A DNA stretch of 64,000 bases from Octopus vulgaris (GCA_951406725.2 OX597817.1:143468001-143532000), one strand, 5' to 3'; shown: positions 39,182 through 52,757, counted from the stretch's first letter. Program-made: numbers and translations. The notes: generated from the letters alone by a model not told the origin.

Positions 39182-39527
39182 TAGTAGTACCTCGGTTTTC
39201 AAACAACTCTGATCATGAATAAGTCTTGCTTTATGTGTGAATATATATATATATATCTATAAGAAGAATTCACGAAAAAAAACAAAAGACGAAGACAGGT
39301 GGTGTAGAAAACAAACAGATGTATTAGTATAACACTCGGGAAGTGAAAAAGACTTTAACATTTCGAGCCTACGCTCTACCACAGAATATATATATAAAGC
39401 ATGATTTATTCGTGATCAGAGGCATTCATAAACCAAGGTACTACTATATTAAATAACAATGAGAAAGACAGGAGATAAAGTGCGATTTATTCATGATCAG
39501 AATTGTTCGAAAACCGAGGTACTACTG
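39182..39527. mobile_element. pogo/Tigger-like MITE with duplicated right end and internal insertion
   Basis: AGTAGTACCTCGGTTTTC at the left; GAAAACCGAGGTACTACTG+TA at 39509-39529; second diverged right end at 39400-39446. Confidence 0.7.
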
Positions 39528-41259
39528 TATATGTATTAGGATGGAGCATTTTTTTTTCCCCAATTTTCAATTTTGTGATGGGTTAGTGCAGAAAAGTTGT
39601 GAATGGACAGCATCGGCCACGTTCAGATGGTACTTTTTACGTGTCCGGCACGAGAGCCAATCAGGGGGTACTGGCATCAGCCACGTTTTGATGGTGCTTT
39701 TTACATGCCACCGGCACGGGGGCAGACAGAGAGTACCACCATCGGCCACGTTTGGATGGTACTTTTTACGTGTCCAGCACAAGAGTCAATCAGGGCATAC
39801 TGGCATAAACACACACACACTAAACCAGCAATCCTACCAAACCTGCTTCATATGGAGGGTGGTTTTCATTGGACTCCCGACAGGATCATCATCATCATCG
39901 TTTAACGTTCGCTTTCCATGCTTGCATGATTTTGACTGAGGGCTGGTGAACCAGATGGCTGCACCAGGCTACAATCTTGATCTGGCAGAGTTTCTATAGC
40001 TGGATGCCCTTCCTAACGCCAACCACTCCAAGAGTGTAGTGGGTGCTTTTTACTTCCACCAGCACGGGGGGCCAGTCAGGCAGTACTGGCAACGACCTCG
40101 CTCGAATCTTTTTACACATGCCACCGGCACAGGTGTCAGTAAGGTGACGCTGGTAATGATCACGCTCGAATGGTGCCTTTTACGTGCCACCAGCACGGAA
40201 GCCAATTAGCCACTCCGGCAACGATCACACTCAGATGGTGCTCTTAGCACCCTGCAAGCACGGGCACAAGTGCCAGTAAGGCAACGCTGGTAACAATCAC
40301 ACTCGAATGGTGCCTTTTATGTGCCACTGGCATGGAAGCTGGTTAGCCACTCTGTCAACGATCACACTCATATGGTGCTCTTTGCACCCCGCTAGCACGG
40401 ATGCCAGTCATCGAATTTCGATCTAAGGGAGGAAAAACTCTAGAGTCAACAGCCATCCAACAGCTGGGAGTGAGGGACTGCTGGTCTTTGTTTAGACATC
40501 TCTCTAAGAAAAGGAAATCCCTTTCTTAAAAATCATGGTAGAGGCTTTGGTCTAGGGACCATTCATGTCTAGAAACTGAGGTTGGGGGTAAGCAAGGGCA
40601 TGTTCCCTGTAGAAAATCCAGCTCCAAAAAAACCTCATGATAACAAGGGAGAATGGGCACCAGCCAGCCCAAAGGTTGGGGTGGGCTGCACCTGCCTGCC
40701 TCAGTTGCTATGGCACTGAGGTAGATCCGGCCACCCCCATTAATGGGGACAAAACCTGGATTTAAAACACCGGATGATGATGATGATACACTCAGTTTCT
40801 GTCCACCAAATCCACTAACAATGCTTTGATTGGCTTGGGACTGTAATAGGAAGCACTTGCCTAAGGTACCATACGGTGGGACTGAACCCAAAACCATGTG
40901 ATTTGGAAGCAAGCTTCATAACCACATCGCCCACACAGCCACATATGCACCTTAGAATGAAATGTTATCTTGTCTTTGATAAAATCTAAATGTAGAATCA
41001 AAATATTAAAAAAAAAAAAAAATTTAAACACGATGAGTTAGTGATTCTGTTTAAGAAACCCAGACATTTGATATGTTAACATAATCTGAAAGAATACACA
41101 ACTCAGAAACTTATTTGTTTAACATGAATAGAAGAATAGATCGATATGTGTGGAGATGTTCAAATATCTTATTTCACCAGACAGTTAAACTTTAAGCTCT
41201 ACTAGTAAATGTAAGCAATTACTATTATTATTTGAAAAAGGTATTATAAAAGGAGAAAG

Positions 41260-41497
41260 GGGCTCTCTACCCGCCTTTTGACCAGGCTCCCGTTGGCTTT
41301 TATGGGTTTTTTCCACCAGGAACCTTTCGTAACGCCTCCCCCTATTGGGAGTTTTTCGTTGTTATATTATTTGATTGTTACACTGTTTTTACACGATTTT
41401 TTCACAAACGGACAAAACCCTTTGTAACCTTTCATCCTGTTTTGTCCCTTTATGTTTTCTAATCATGTGTGTCAGCCCTTGTGGCCAATAAAAAGAA
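41260..41497 (+). mobile_element. LINE-like 3' UTR fragment sharing its end with SINE B
   Basis: Ends TTTGTCCCTTTATG...AGCCCTTGTGGCCAATAAAAAGAA, as in 8550-8597, but with no SINE head. Confidence 0.5.
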
Positions 41498-42908
41498 TTA
41501 ATTATAATTATTATTATTATTATTTTTAAGGCAGTGAACTGGCAGAATAGTTAGCACGCCGGGCAAAATGCTTAGCGGTATTTCGTCCGCCTTTACATTC
41601 TGAGTTCAAATTCCGCAGAGATCGACTTCGCCTTTCATCCTTTTGGGATCAATAAAGCTAAGTACCAGTTGCGTACTGGGGTTGATCTAATCAACTGGCC
41701 CTTTTCCCAAAAATTTCAAGTCTTGTGCCTAGAGTAGAAAAGGACAAATTACATACCAGTAAAATACTAGGGTTGATGTAATCAACTAGTCCCCTCCCCA
41801 CAAATCTAAGGCTTTGTGCCTCCAGTAGAAAGGATTATTATTAAGAGAGTGGCGAGCTGGAAGAATCATTAGCATGCCGGGCGACATGCTTAGTGGTATT
41901 TCATCAGCTACTACATTCTGAGTTCAAATTCTGCCAAGGTCAACTCTGCCTTTCATCTTTTCAGGGGTCAATGAAATAAGTACCAGTTATGCACTGGGGT
42001 CGGTATAATTGACCAGCTCCCTTCCCCAAAAATTTTCAAGGCCTTGTGCCTAGAATAGAAATAATAATAACAATTATTATTATTACTATTATTATTATTA
42101 TTACTATTACTATTACTATTATTATTGTTACTATTATTATTATTACTATTACTATTATTATTATCACTATTATTATTATTATTATCACTATTATTATTAT
42201 TATTATCACTATTATTATTATTATTATCACTATTATTATTATTATTATCACTATTATTATTATTATTATTATTATTAGGGTTCTCATATCATTGAAAACC
42301 AAGTGTTTGAATTCACTTCTACTGTATGCCTGGCAACAAACAGCACATCAATTTCTGACCGACACCTCTTTTAACTGCAGCTAGACCTTTCAGGGTGGTA
42401 AAAAAAAGAAGAGTTTTCATATCAAACCAATGGAAGTGAGACATGCCAAACAGCCTCAGCAAGCCAACAGCATTTCTTAAGACATAAAAACAGACTTGTT
42501 CACTTGCTGCTGCTGCTGTTTTTTGTTCTTTTTTTTTTCTTGTTATTTTCTCACGTCACCCACATTGTAAAAAAAAAAAGAAAATGGAAGACTGACTGAC
42601 AAAATAGATATATTAACATAATTACAGAAGAGAAAGCAAAGATTTTAAACTTTAGTGCTTTTTTGTATTGTTTCTTTTTACACGCTGAGACATGTCAGTA
42701 TGGTTAACGTTTTACACAGCAGGTGAACATCAATCATTTGTAATGAAACAGGAGTACATGCTGCATCTGACATTTAAAACAAGAGAGAGAGGTGTAAGCA
42801 GGGATGGGTGGCAAGAAGTCAGTTTCTCAACCACATGGCTTTGGGTTCAGTCCCAATGCGTGGCACCTTCGGCAAGTGTCCTCTACTGTAGCCTTGGGCT
42901 GACCAAAA

Positions 42909-43262
42909 ACTTGTGCGTGGATTTGGTAGACAGAAACTGAAAGAAGCCCATTATATGCACGTATGTGTAGCCTTGTGAGTGGATTTGGTAGATGGAAACT
43001 GAAAGAAGCCCATTATATGCATGTGTGTGTAGCCTTGTGAGTGGATTTGGTAGATGGAAACTGAAAGAAGCTCATTATATGCATGTGTGTGTAGCCTTGT
43101 GAGTGGATTTGGTAGATGGAAACTGAAAGAAGCCCTTTATATGCATATGTGTGTAGCCTTGTGAGTGGATTTGGTAGATGGAAACTGAAAGAAGCCCTTT
43201 ATATGCATACGTGTGTAGCCTTGTGAGTGGATTTGGTAGATGGAAACTGAAAGAAGCCCATC
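42909..43262 (+). repeat. 62-bp tandem array derived from SINE A internal segment
   Basis: CCTTGTG at 42971, 43033, 43095, 43157 and 43219, plus the parental copy at 42909. Confidence 0.95.
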
Positions 43263-45124
43263 ATGTGTGTGCGTGTTACTGTTTCCTTGCCTTAATAACT
43301 ATGGCTACATGGTTCCACACCAAATTCTACTGCTGAATGCTCTTCCTGTTGCCAACCCTCACCTGAATCCAAGCAAAGGAGTACCTTCCCATGGTCAAAC
43401 ATGCTTTCATGGAAGACATTAGTTGATGGTTCAGTCATAAGTGGATTTCACTGCCATGCAAGATATCTTGTTGCCACTCTTCTATAAAAAAAACGTCTGG
43501 TCATGGGGAAATATTACCTTTCTTGGAAACAGGTGAGGGTCAGTGAGAAGAAGGACATCCATCATCATCACCATCATCATTCAACATCCGTTTTCCATGC
43601 TGGCATGGGTTGGACGGTTTGACTGAAAACTGGTAAGCCAGGAGACCTGCACCAGGTTCTCATCCGATTTGGCATGGTTTCTACCATTAGATGCCCTTCC
43701 TGACACCAACCACTCATAGCGTGTAAAGGGTGCTTTTTACATGCCACTGGCATGGGTGCCAGTTACAAAACACCGGCTTCAGCCACGACTACAATCTAAC
43801 TTGGCTTGACAGGTCTTCTTAAGTGTGGTATATTGCCAAAGGCATCGGTCATTTGTCACGGCCTCCGTGAGGCCGAGAAAATCAAATAATGATGATGATG
43901 ATGATAAAGAGATTTGCACTGGAACCAAGAACATGTGCCAACTAAACAACGAACATCTACATAACAACACAAACTGCTAGAAAGAGCTGCAAAAGTCTCC
44001 TCAATCTAGAAATAGCTGCAAAAGTACTCCCAGCATCATATAAACAAAAGGACACATTGAAGAATGTAGTCCTCAGTGCACTGTATAGATGGAATAGTCA
44101 TGACTGGAAAGCCTTTTATCATGGGTCAGCTTGACCTAGGCTGACCAGAATCTAAAAAGCAACAAAAATAACAAGTACACAGTAAGATTTGAACCTGTGA
44201 CACATTGCTTGGTGTCCAAATCGTTATTATCATTGTTTTAATTACCACTAAATTCATTGAAGTAGATTTTCTACAGCTTGATGCCCGTCCTGTGGCCAAC
44301 CCTCACCTGTTTCCAAGTAAGGTTATATTTCCCCATGGTCAGACATGCTGTTGTTAATATTAGTTCCAAATTTTGGCACACAGTCAGTAATTTCAGGAGA
44401 AGGGTTAAGTCAATTACATTGACCCCAATGCCTAACTGGTACTTATTTCATTGACCCCAAAAAGAGGAAAGGCAAAGTGGAACCTTAGCAGAATTTGAAC
44501 TCAGAATGTAAAGACGGACAAAGAGTAGCAAAATATTTGGCTCAGCATGCGAATGATTCTGCCAGTAGTTCTCTGCCTTAAAAATATTTTCTTTTGCTTT
44601 TTATTCTTTTCACTCCTTTTTACATTACAATTCAAGACTTTAGAATATTTGGATATTCACTAATGGAATCCCTTCCGTACATTATTTTCACTTAGGTAGA
44701 TTAATGCAAATAGATACATGTGCATTGTATGGCCAAGAGGCAACACACTGTCTGGAAGCACAGTTTAAATATGGGGTTTTATCAATCAACCAGCATCTTA
44801 GCGAAACAGCCCACACTAACTTTTTGCTTTAAGAATTCGTTTATCAAAATTCAACATTCAAAGAAAGAAAGAAGTGAAAAATGTCAGATTTGGTTTAATT
44901 TTTCCATAAATTTGAACACCAGATTTTATCAATGTACCAACACCTTAACAACACAACCGATTCTAACTTCCTGTATTAAGCACTTATCATCAAAAACCAG
45001 AGAGAACATCAGAATGGATTCCATTTTTCCATGTCAGCATGCTTTGAATAAAATTGGATTAGCATGCATTTGTATAAAGATATAGGGTGTGGCAAAAAAA
45101 AAAAAGTTCTAACATCAGCTACAT

Positions 45125-45425
45125 CAGAGGTTCTCAAACTTTGTGGGTCACTGCCCCCCTCACGGTCACATATCCTCAGCACCCCCACCCCTATTTTTAT
45201 GTATAAATATTTTACTAATTTATATATACTATTAATCATTTGATATTTAATATAATATTATACAATTTGTATACAATACTATAATAATATTATAAATTCA
45301 TAGTGTCCCCCAATCCACTGGCTTTCTCTCAATGCCTTCTTTTTCTTTACTTCCCCCTTAGACACCAGCACTCACCTGGACCCTCTCAACACCAATTGGG
45401 GGGGGAGCCATTTTGAGAACCTATG
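45125..45425. mobile_element. hAT (Charlie-type) MITE
   Basis: TIR CAGAGGTTCTCAAA / TTTGAGAACCTATG; perfect TSD AGCTACAT. Confidence 0.9.
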
Positions 45426-46006
45426 AGCTACATGAAGATACTGTAACCATCAAGCAAAGGTGCGGCTATGTGGTAAGAAGTTTCCTTCCCAGCCACATGG
45501 TTTCAGGTTCAGTCCCACCGCAAATATCTTCTACAATGGCTTCAGGCTGGTCACTCCTTGATAGTGGATTTGGCAGATGGAAACTGAAAGAAACCCATCA
45601 TATATGTGTGTGTGTGTGTGTGTGAGACCAGTGTCTGATAACCGATGTTGGTGTGTTTACATCCCCATAATTTAGTGGTTCAGCAAAAGAGACCGATAGA
45701 ATAATTACCAGGCTTTATAAAAAGAATACTGGGGTCAATTCATTCAACTAGAAATTCTTCAAGGGGGCGTCCCAGCATGGCCACAGTCTAATGACTGAAA
45801 CAAGTAAAAACAATAAAAACAATCTACCTAACTTCACAAGAACCAGACCAAGGGCCATATAAAACTGGAGAGAGAAACCATCCCTATTTTACATGGCTAT
45901 TGATGTGGCACTAGTGAAGTCAGACATAATAATGGTATCTTCATGCAGCTCATGTGGCAGGGGTTTTGCTGCACTCCAGAGTTCTTTTTTTTTATTTAGT
46001 CATGCT

Positions 46007-46375
46007 ATCATCATCATCATCATTTAAAACATCCATTTTCCATGCCGGCATGGGTTGGACGGCTTGACCAGAGCTAGTAAGGCCAGAGGCCATACCAGAC
46101 TTAATTGTCTGTTCTGGCATGGTTTCTACAGCTGCATGCCCTTTCTAATGCCAACCACTTCATAGAGTGTACTGGGTGCCTTTAATGTGGCACCAGCACG
46201 AGTATCAATACTGCTGTGATGCATGGGTCTTTTTGAGTACAGCAAGGCACCAAATATCCAAGTCCTTTATCATCTCCTTCATAAAGCTCAGTGTCTTGAG
46301 ATCAACCTTCAGTACCTCATCCCATGTCTTCCTGGGTCTCACTCTTCCACAAGTTCCATCCACTCTAAGTGATCA
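46007..46375 (-). mobile_element. RTE LINE 3' fragment
   Basis: Minus strand reads VDGTCGRVRPRKTWDEVLKVDL, followed by the shared tail and (GAT)n. Confidence 0.75.
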
Positions 46376-48464
46376 GAGTTTTGCTATATTCAAATAATGT
46401 CAGGATAAACTTTGCCTTTCGTCGTCCCATCAGGATCAATAAAATATAGTACCAGTCATGTAATGGGATTAATTGACTTTGAACATATCTTTTCCTGTAT
46501 GGCCTTGTATCAATGTAAGAAACACTATTCATGCGAAAAGGCACTTGTAGTGGCCATGGCCCTTTTTTCACTACACTTAACTCAAGATGCAAGGATACCC
46601 AGATGGTGTGAATGAAGATTGTATTCAGTGGCACAGATGATGCACATTTTTTACAAAATGTCTCCGAAAAAAATCACCCTGATTCCTATATGAAGTGGAA
46701 CCAATATTACAAGCTTTTGTGCATTAAAAACTCTTTTTCCCTGAATATGCACAACTGGAATTGGTGCAGGTCTGATATGCCCGTGCGTCTTTTAGGGTAT
46801 CAAAATAAAGTAAATTCTGCTTAGTGGCCAGAAGGTAAGACAACGACAAAAATGGTAACTTCCAAAGGGAAACAGTTCTTTGATAAAGGAAGGTGGAGAG
46901 GGGCAACAGGTTAAGAGGGGAGGGGGAATAAGAGAGGTCAGTGGGTTTAATACAGGATCTTGGGAAAGAAGGGGAACAGGTTTACAACGGGATTTTTGGA
47001 TGGGTGTGTGGAATAAGGTGGGGGTATGGGTTTAAACAGGATCTCGGGTGTAGAATCAAGATGTTGTAATGGGTTTAATACAGGATCTTAGGATGGGAGT
47101 GGAATAAAGGAGGTGGGTCAATGAGTTTAATACAGGGATTAAAAACAAAGAATTAACAGGTTTGATATAGGATCTTGGGAAAGAGACAGTTTTCTTACAC
47201 AAAATGTACTTCCTATAAACAATTGCTTCATTTTCATTCTATTTTTATTTTAAATATATAAAAAAAAAAAGAGTCTTTATATAAATTACACAACAAGGAA
47301 AACAAGTCCTCATTAGACACTTGAGGCTAAGTATTGTGAAGTAATAGTAATCGTGATATTTTTATAGCTAACTATATTTGGGGAGACCTACGTGAAATTA
47401 AGTGCAAATATTTTCTCAACCAGTTCGTGCTTTGCTAATTCCAAACAAGAAAAGCCAAACCAAAAATTTATCTAAACATCGCAATTCAAAGAAGAAGAAT
47501 CATAGTTGTGCTAAACAAGGAAACTCTAAAGAGGAAAAAATATACTTGTCTTTTTATATTTTAATATCTACATGTTATAAAAGGACAAAGATGTTATCTT
47601 GGTGTACACTAGTTTATAACAAGAAATGATGGGAACTTAGCAGAGTTTTCTTTCTTTTTTTGTGTGTGTGTGTGTATGTTTTTTTAATCTCTATTTGTGA
47701 CAAAAGGACAAAAAAACCCAAAAAGATATTTAGCTTATATCATTAGTCTGCACCAAGAAATGATAGGAACTATCTAGAGAAGAACCCATGTTGGAAATAA
47801 CTATTTCAAATTTTTGCCCCATGGACAGCTTGGGGGGAGGTGAGGATGAGGCAATTAACATCAACCCCCGTGTTCAACTGGTACTTACTTTATTAACTCC
47901 GAAAGGATGAAAGGCAAAACTGACCTTGGCAGAACTTGAACTCAGAACATAGTGATGGGCAAAATACTGCTGAGCATTTCGTCCAGTGTGCTCATAATTA
48001 TAAAAATTTATATATATATATATATACACACACACACATACATTTGGGACTGTCACTGGACATGTGTCCACTCAACCATGTCAGCTTTAACTTTCAACAC
48101 AAAAAGAAATTTGCTGATGGAGATTAACACACAGGCACAGTGGAAGAACTTACAAAATTTTCTAAGCCTGATCAGGTGACCATTCTCAGCCAATCAAATT
48201 GTATCCTAAACAGATACTACTTTGAGCCATGTTTTCTCTATAAAAACAAGAGACATTTCAAATTTTGGTCAAGAGCAAGGCTGCTGTAGCATCATAGCCC
48301 CACATCATTCTATCTCAATTTTTGGAAATTAGAAAAATTTGTGAAACCAGTTAAGCCTTTAAAAATAACCATCTAAAAGACTATCTCTGCATTTTCAACT
48401 TTTTTTTTATATTTCTACCTGTGTGGAATAAAACAACTTTCTTTCCTATCTCTCTCTCTCTCTC

Positions 48465-49204
48465 ATCCCGTGTCCCTTGCCAGGGATGTAGCCAGCCCAC
48501 TTATGCATGCCTTTCCTTCCTTGGACACACGAAGACCTGTTGAGGCAAGCGAAGTCGAAATTGAACCCCATCCAATGACAGGCAACCATGCCAACCTCCC
48601 TTCATTGGACACTAAACTCTGCTTGTGAAGACCTGTTGGGGCAAGTGAAATTGGAATCGAAATTGAACCAATCCTGTGACTGGCATCCGGCAGTTGCCAG
48701 GGCCGCTGGACTGACTCCTGTGCAGATGGCAAGTAAAGAAACACCATTTCGACCCTGTGCTTGAGGAGATCCATCGAGTGAAGTACACCAACATCAAAAA
48801 TCAATGGAAACTGCATTTGTGATCTCTGTGCCGGTGGCACGTAATAAGCACCATCCGAACGTGGCCAATGCCAGGCCGCCTAGACTGGCTTCCATGCCGG
48901 TGGCACGTAAAAATCACCATCCAAACGTGGCTGATGCCAGCGCCACTATGTCTGGCTTCCATGCCGGTGGCATGTAAAAATTACCAATCCGATCGTGGCC
49001 GTTGCCAGCCTCGCCTGGCACCTGTGCCAGTGACACGTAAAAAGCACCCACTACATTCACGGAGTGGTTGGGATTAAGGGCATCCAGCTGTAGAAACACT
49101 GCCAGATCAGACTGGAGCCTGGTGCAGCCTTCTGGCTTCCCAGATCCCCGGTCGAACCGTCCAACCCGTGCTAGCATGGAGAATGGACGTTAAACGATGA
49201 TGAT
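48465..49204 (+). mobile_element. RTE 3' UTR-derived repeat, long well-preserved copy
   Basis: Tandem GCCGGTGGCACGTAAAAA subrepeats, GGGCATCCAGCTGTAGAAAC, GACGTTAAACGATGATGAT end. Similar copies at 2938-3185(-), 19650-19882(+), 30810-30975(-), 35465-35790(-), 39887-40420(-), 43560-43875(-), 63238-63612(-). Confidence 0.75.
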
Positions 49205-49235
49205 ATATACATATATATATACATATACATATGCA

Positions 49236-49284
<49 letters not shown>

Positions 49285-49295
49285 ATACATATATG

Positions 49296-49606
49296 TGGAG
49301 GCACAATGGCCCAGTGGTTAGGGCAGCGGACTTGTAGTCATAGGATTGTGGTTTCGATTCCCAGACCAGGCGTTGTGAGTGTTTATTGAGCGAAAACACC
49401 TAAAGTTCCATGAGGCTCGGGCAGGGGATTGTGGCGATCCCTGCTGTACTCTTTCGCCACAACTTTCTCTTACTCTTTCTTCTGTTGGCCTGCTTGCTTA
49501 GCCAGCGGAGTGGCGTCATCTGAAGGCTAAAACAATGCGAAGCGCATTGTGACCAGTGATGTGTAGCAACATCTGATAGCCTGGTCGGTCATGGTGATCA
49601 CGGTGA
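49296..49606 (+). mobile_element. tRNA-derived SINE, further family, inserted in (TA)n
   Basis: TGGCCCAGTGGTTAGGGC A-box and GGTTTCGATTCC B-box; flanked by TA repeats. Confidence 0.7.
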
Positions 49607-49772
49607 TATATATATATATATATATAGATGAGTGTGCATGTATATGTGTGTTTGTGTGTATATATGTATGTATGTGTATGTGTGTGAAAAAGTGAAAGAA
49701 AAAGGCCACCTGAAAATTAGAACAGAGGAAAGAGAATCTTGATATTGATCTAAAGGAAGAGGCAAATGTGTA

Positions 49773-49807
<35 letters not shown>

Positions 49808-51029
49808 AAGAGTGTGTGTGTGTGAGTGTTTCAATGCCTATGTGAGTACATTTGTGTGTGCATTTAAATGTTATCACAAACTTATGAAAGAGGCTGGTAC
49901 TATGTGCCACCGACCACTTCAGACACACCGACACGCCATTACTGACCAGATCTAATTACTAATGTGGACAGCAGTACATATAGACAAGTATTTCCTATCT
50001 TGAAAGGATATTTGGCCAATAGTCTTGTTATAATGCAAACATTTCTCAAAAGTAAATATCAAAAACAAAAACAAAAAAAAAGAGAGAATGTATTTAAATT
50101 TTTTTATATTTTTGTTTTATCTTTCAGCAACATCTTAAGTCTTTCTAACAAACACTTAGAAGAAAAAAAATTAATATTCAAATTTCTTACAAAGGGCTAT
50201 GACTGTGTGGGAAACTTGAACGGAGAAGGCAACTGCTTGAGCTTCAAAATTGCAAAAGAAATTTCAAGGAGTGTTAACGCTTTATGAAACTAGTAACAGC
50301 CTTGAACGACTAGAAGTGTGTGAGGCGAGGAAATATAGACCAAACTAGCACAGTATCCTTCGAAAATTAAGGGACCCCTTGTTTTTGTCTCAGCACTTCT
50401 TAACCTTTCTGCTCCAAGGATGTGTGGTTAAGAAACTTGATTCCTAACCATATGGCCTTAGGTTCAATCCCACTAAACATTACCTTAGGCTGACAAATAC
50501 CTTGTGAGGGGATTTAGTAGATAGAAATGCAAAAAATCTCAACAAGTTGAGATATTTGCATATGTTATTAAAGGGAGATAATAATTTCTTCATAATATTT
50601 GGTGGGAATAAAAGTTTAAAATTAAAGGTGTAAAAAAATATAAACATTTAATTTTTTTAAGCCATTTGACCACAAGTGTAAGATAACAATATTTGAACAA
50701 TTAACAAAGAAAGCAAGGATAGTCCTGACCCACTTAATGGGATACAAAGAAAAAATACAGCAAAACACAGATATAGTTAATGGTGAGATGAGGTGGGTGA
50801 TGGGGCCAATTTTACAAACCTGTCTAACCCAGGCCAAATATTGACAATCATTGCTATTGACTTGGTAAATAAAGGCTTGCCATTAAGTTGGATGGCACAG
50901 TGGTGGGCTGTCTAGTATGTGTGTGTGTGTGTGTGCATAGACAGACAAATATGTGAAAAATAGAGAAAAGTTGAAAATTCATCAAAATTTTCGTTTATAT
51001 ATATAAATATATAAACACACATACACATC

Positions 51030-51280
51030 GTTAAATGATGGCGATGTGCAATTAGCCAGTGATTGTCTCACACTGAGGACTGGTAACCAACCAGAAACCA
51101 TGGTCTGTGAGTATCACTTAAAGCTGGAGATGGGAGCAATGACCTCCCTTGCAAACACTATACGGACACTGACTCTGTGTCAATAGCCAGCTGGAAAAGA
51201 TGTATTCCTCGAGGCTTAAACAACAGTAACATCGTCCTGTATAGGACTGCCACATTCTATTGGCAAATAAACTTTACTAA
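51030..51280 (+). mobile_element. Diverged member of the same hammerhead-bearing repeat family
   Basis: After the hammerhead it shares TCCCTTG...GGACAC...ATAGCCAGCTGGA...ACAG[C/T]AACAT...AGGACTGCCA...TTGGCAAA...CTTTACT with 12705-12858. Confidence 0.65.
51058..51118 (+). ncRNA. Type I hammerhead ribozyme motif, near-canonical
   Basis: AGTGAT-tgt-CTCACA CTGAGGA c TGGT-aacca-ACCA GAAA CCATGG TC TGTGAG-t-ATCACT. Stem I 6+6 bp, core CUGAGGA/GAAA, 4-bp stem II, palindromic stem III, GUC cleavage triplet ending at C51105. Confidence 0.8.
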
Positions 51281-52091
51281 CTCTTTAACATAAAAGGAAA
51301 AAAAATCTTATTGTAGGTGATTATATATGTATGAAAAATAAAGATATAAAGATACATTTTCACAGAAAAAATGTTCTTGCATCATAGTTCAGCTGAAACT
51401 ATATTGGTAGATGTATTCTTAAGGTGAGTTTGGTATATATAATCTTTATAACACACACACTCCTCACCATACTTTTTAACATCCACTTTTCCATGCTTGC
51501 ATCAGTCATACAGAGTTTATTAAGACAGGTTTCCTACATTCCAATGCCCTTCCTGTCACCAACTCTCCCCTGTTTCCAAGATGGAAAATATTTTCTTAAG
51601 GCCAGAGAGGTTCTCCAGAATACAAGAAATGAATGACACCACTTGTATAACAGTGACACTCATTTACAACTATCATGTGGTGTCAAGACAAGGAGACACA
51701 CATACACTCGCACATATATGTATTTGGGTGTATGTATAATAGGCTTCTTTCAGTTTCCATTTAACAAATCCATTCACTCACAAGACTGGTTGAACTGGAA
51801 CTATCATAGAAGACACTCACCATAGATGCCATGCAGTAGGACTGAACCTGAAACCATCTTGTTGGGAAACAGACTTCTTTATATATCCACACCTGTATCA
51901 TGTGTATATGTATGTGTGTGTGTGTGTGTATTGTCCCATCACTGCTTGACAAACCAGTCTTGGTGGTTTAATGTCCCTGTAACTTAGCAGTTCAGCAAAA
52001 GTACTAGGACTTAAAAATAAGTCCTGTGGTTGATTTTTTAACTAAAACCCTTCAAGGTGGTGCTCCAGTATGGCTGCAATCAAATGCTAGA

Positions 52092-52142
<51 letters not shown>

Positions 52143-52276
52143 TACAAGATAAGAAAATGGAGAAATACATCTAAATCAAATATCAATTACCAGATAATAC
52201 TCAATCACATACTTTATTAAACCACCACATAAGAGACTGTAGGGTTAGATATAAAAAGCAGAACAATATATATATA

Positions 52277-52341
<65 letters not shown>

Positions 52342-52369
52342 ACATATATAATAATATAAATGTATACAT

Positions 52370-52757
52370 GGGAGACACAGCAAGACATGGGACGATTTAC
52401 TGAAGGACAACCTCAGAACACTGAACCTTTCAGATAAGATGATGAAGGACCAAGATACCTGGTGCTTTGCTGTACCCAAGAAGACCCATTCTCCACAGCA
52501 AGTGTTAAGGCTGCTCCTCCTGGTGAGGCGGATTAGCCTCCAAGAGTCTTGTGCCAGTGGCACCTAAAAGTGTTCATGTTGTGCCACATCAAAAGCACCC
52601 AGCACACACTGTAAAATGGTTGGTCTTAGGAAGGGCATCCAGCCAAAGAAACCATGCCAAATCAGGCTGGTGTCTGGTGCAACTCTCCAGCTTCAGTCAA
52701 ACCATCCAACCCATACCAGTATGAAAAACAGGCATTAAAGGATGATGATAATGATGC
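52370..52757 (+). mobile_element. RTE LINE 3' fragment
   Basis: KTWDDLLKDNLRTL remnant plus the shared tail. Confidence 0.65.

Noticed and set aside
46935-47185. CRISPR-like repeat-spacer appearance
   Set aside because: Eukaryotic context, degenerate repeats, uneven and mutually related spacers, no cas genes.
49296-49370. tRNA gene candidates at SINE heads (also 17765-17836)
   Set aside because: A/B boxes present, but no proper acceptor stem, and they continue into SINE bodies.
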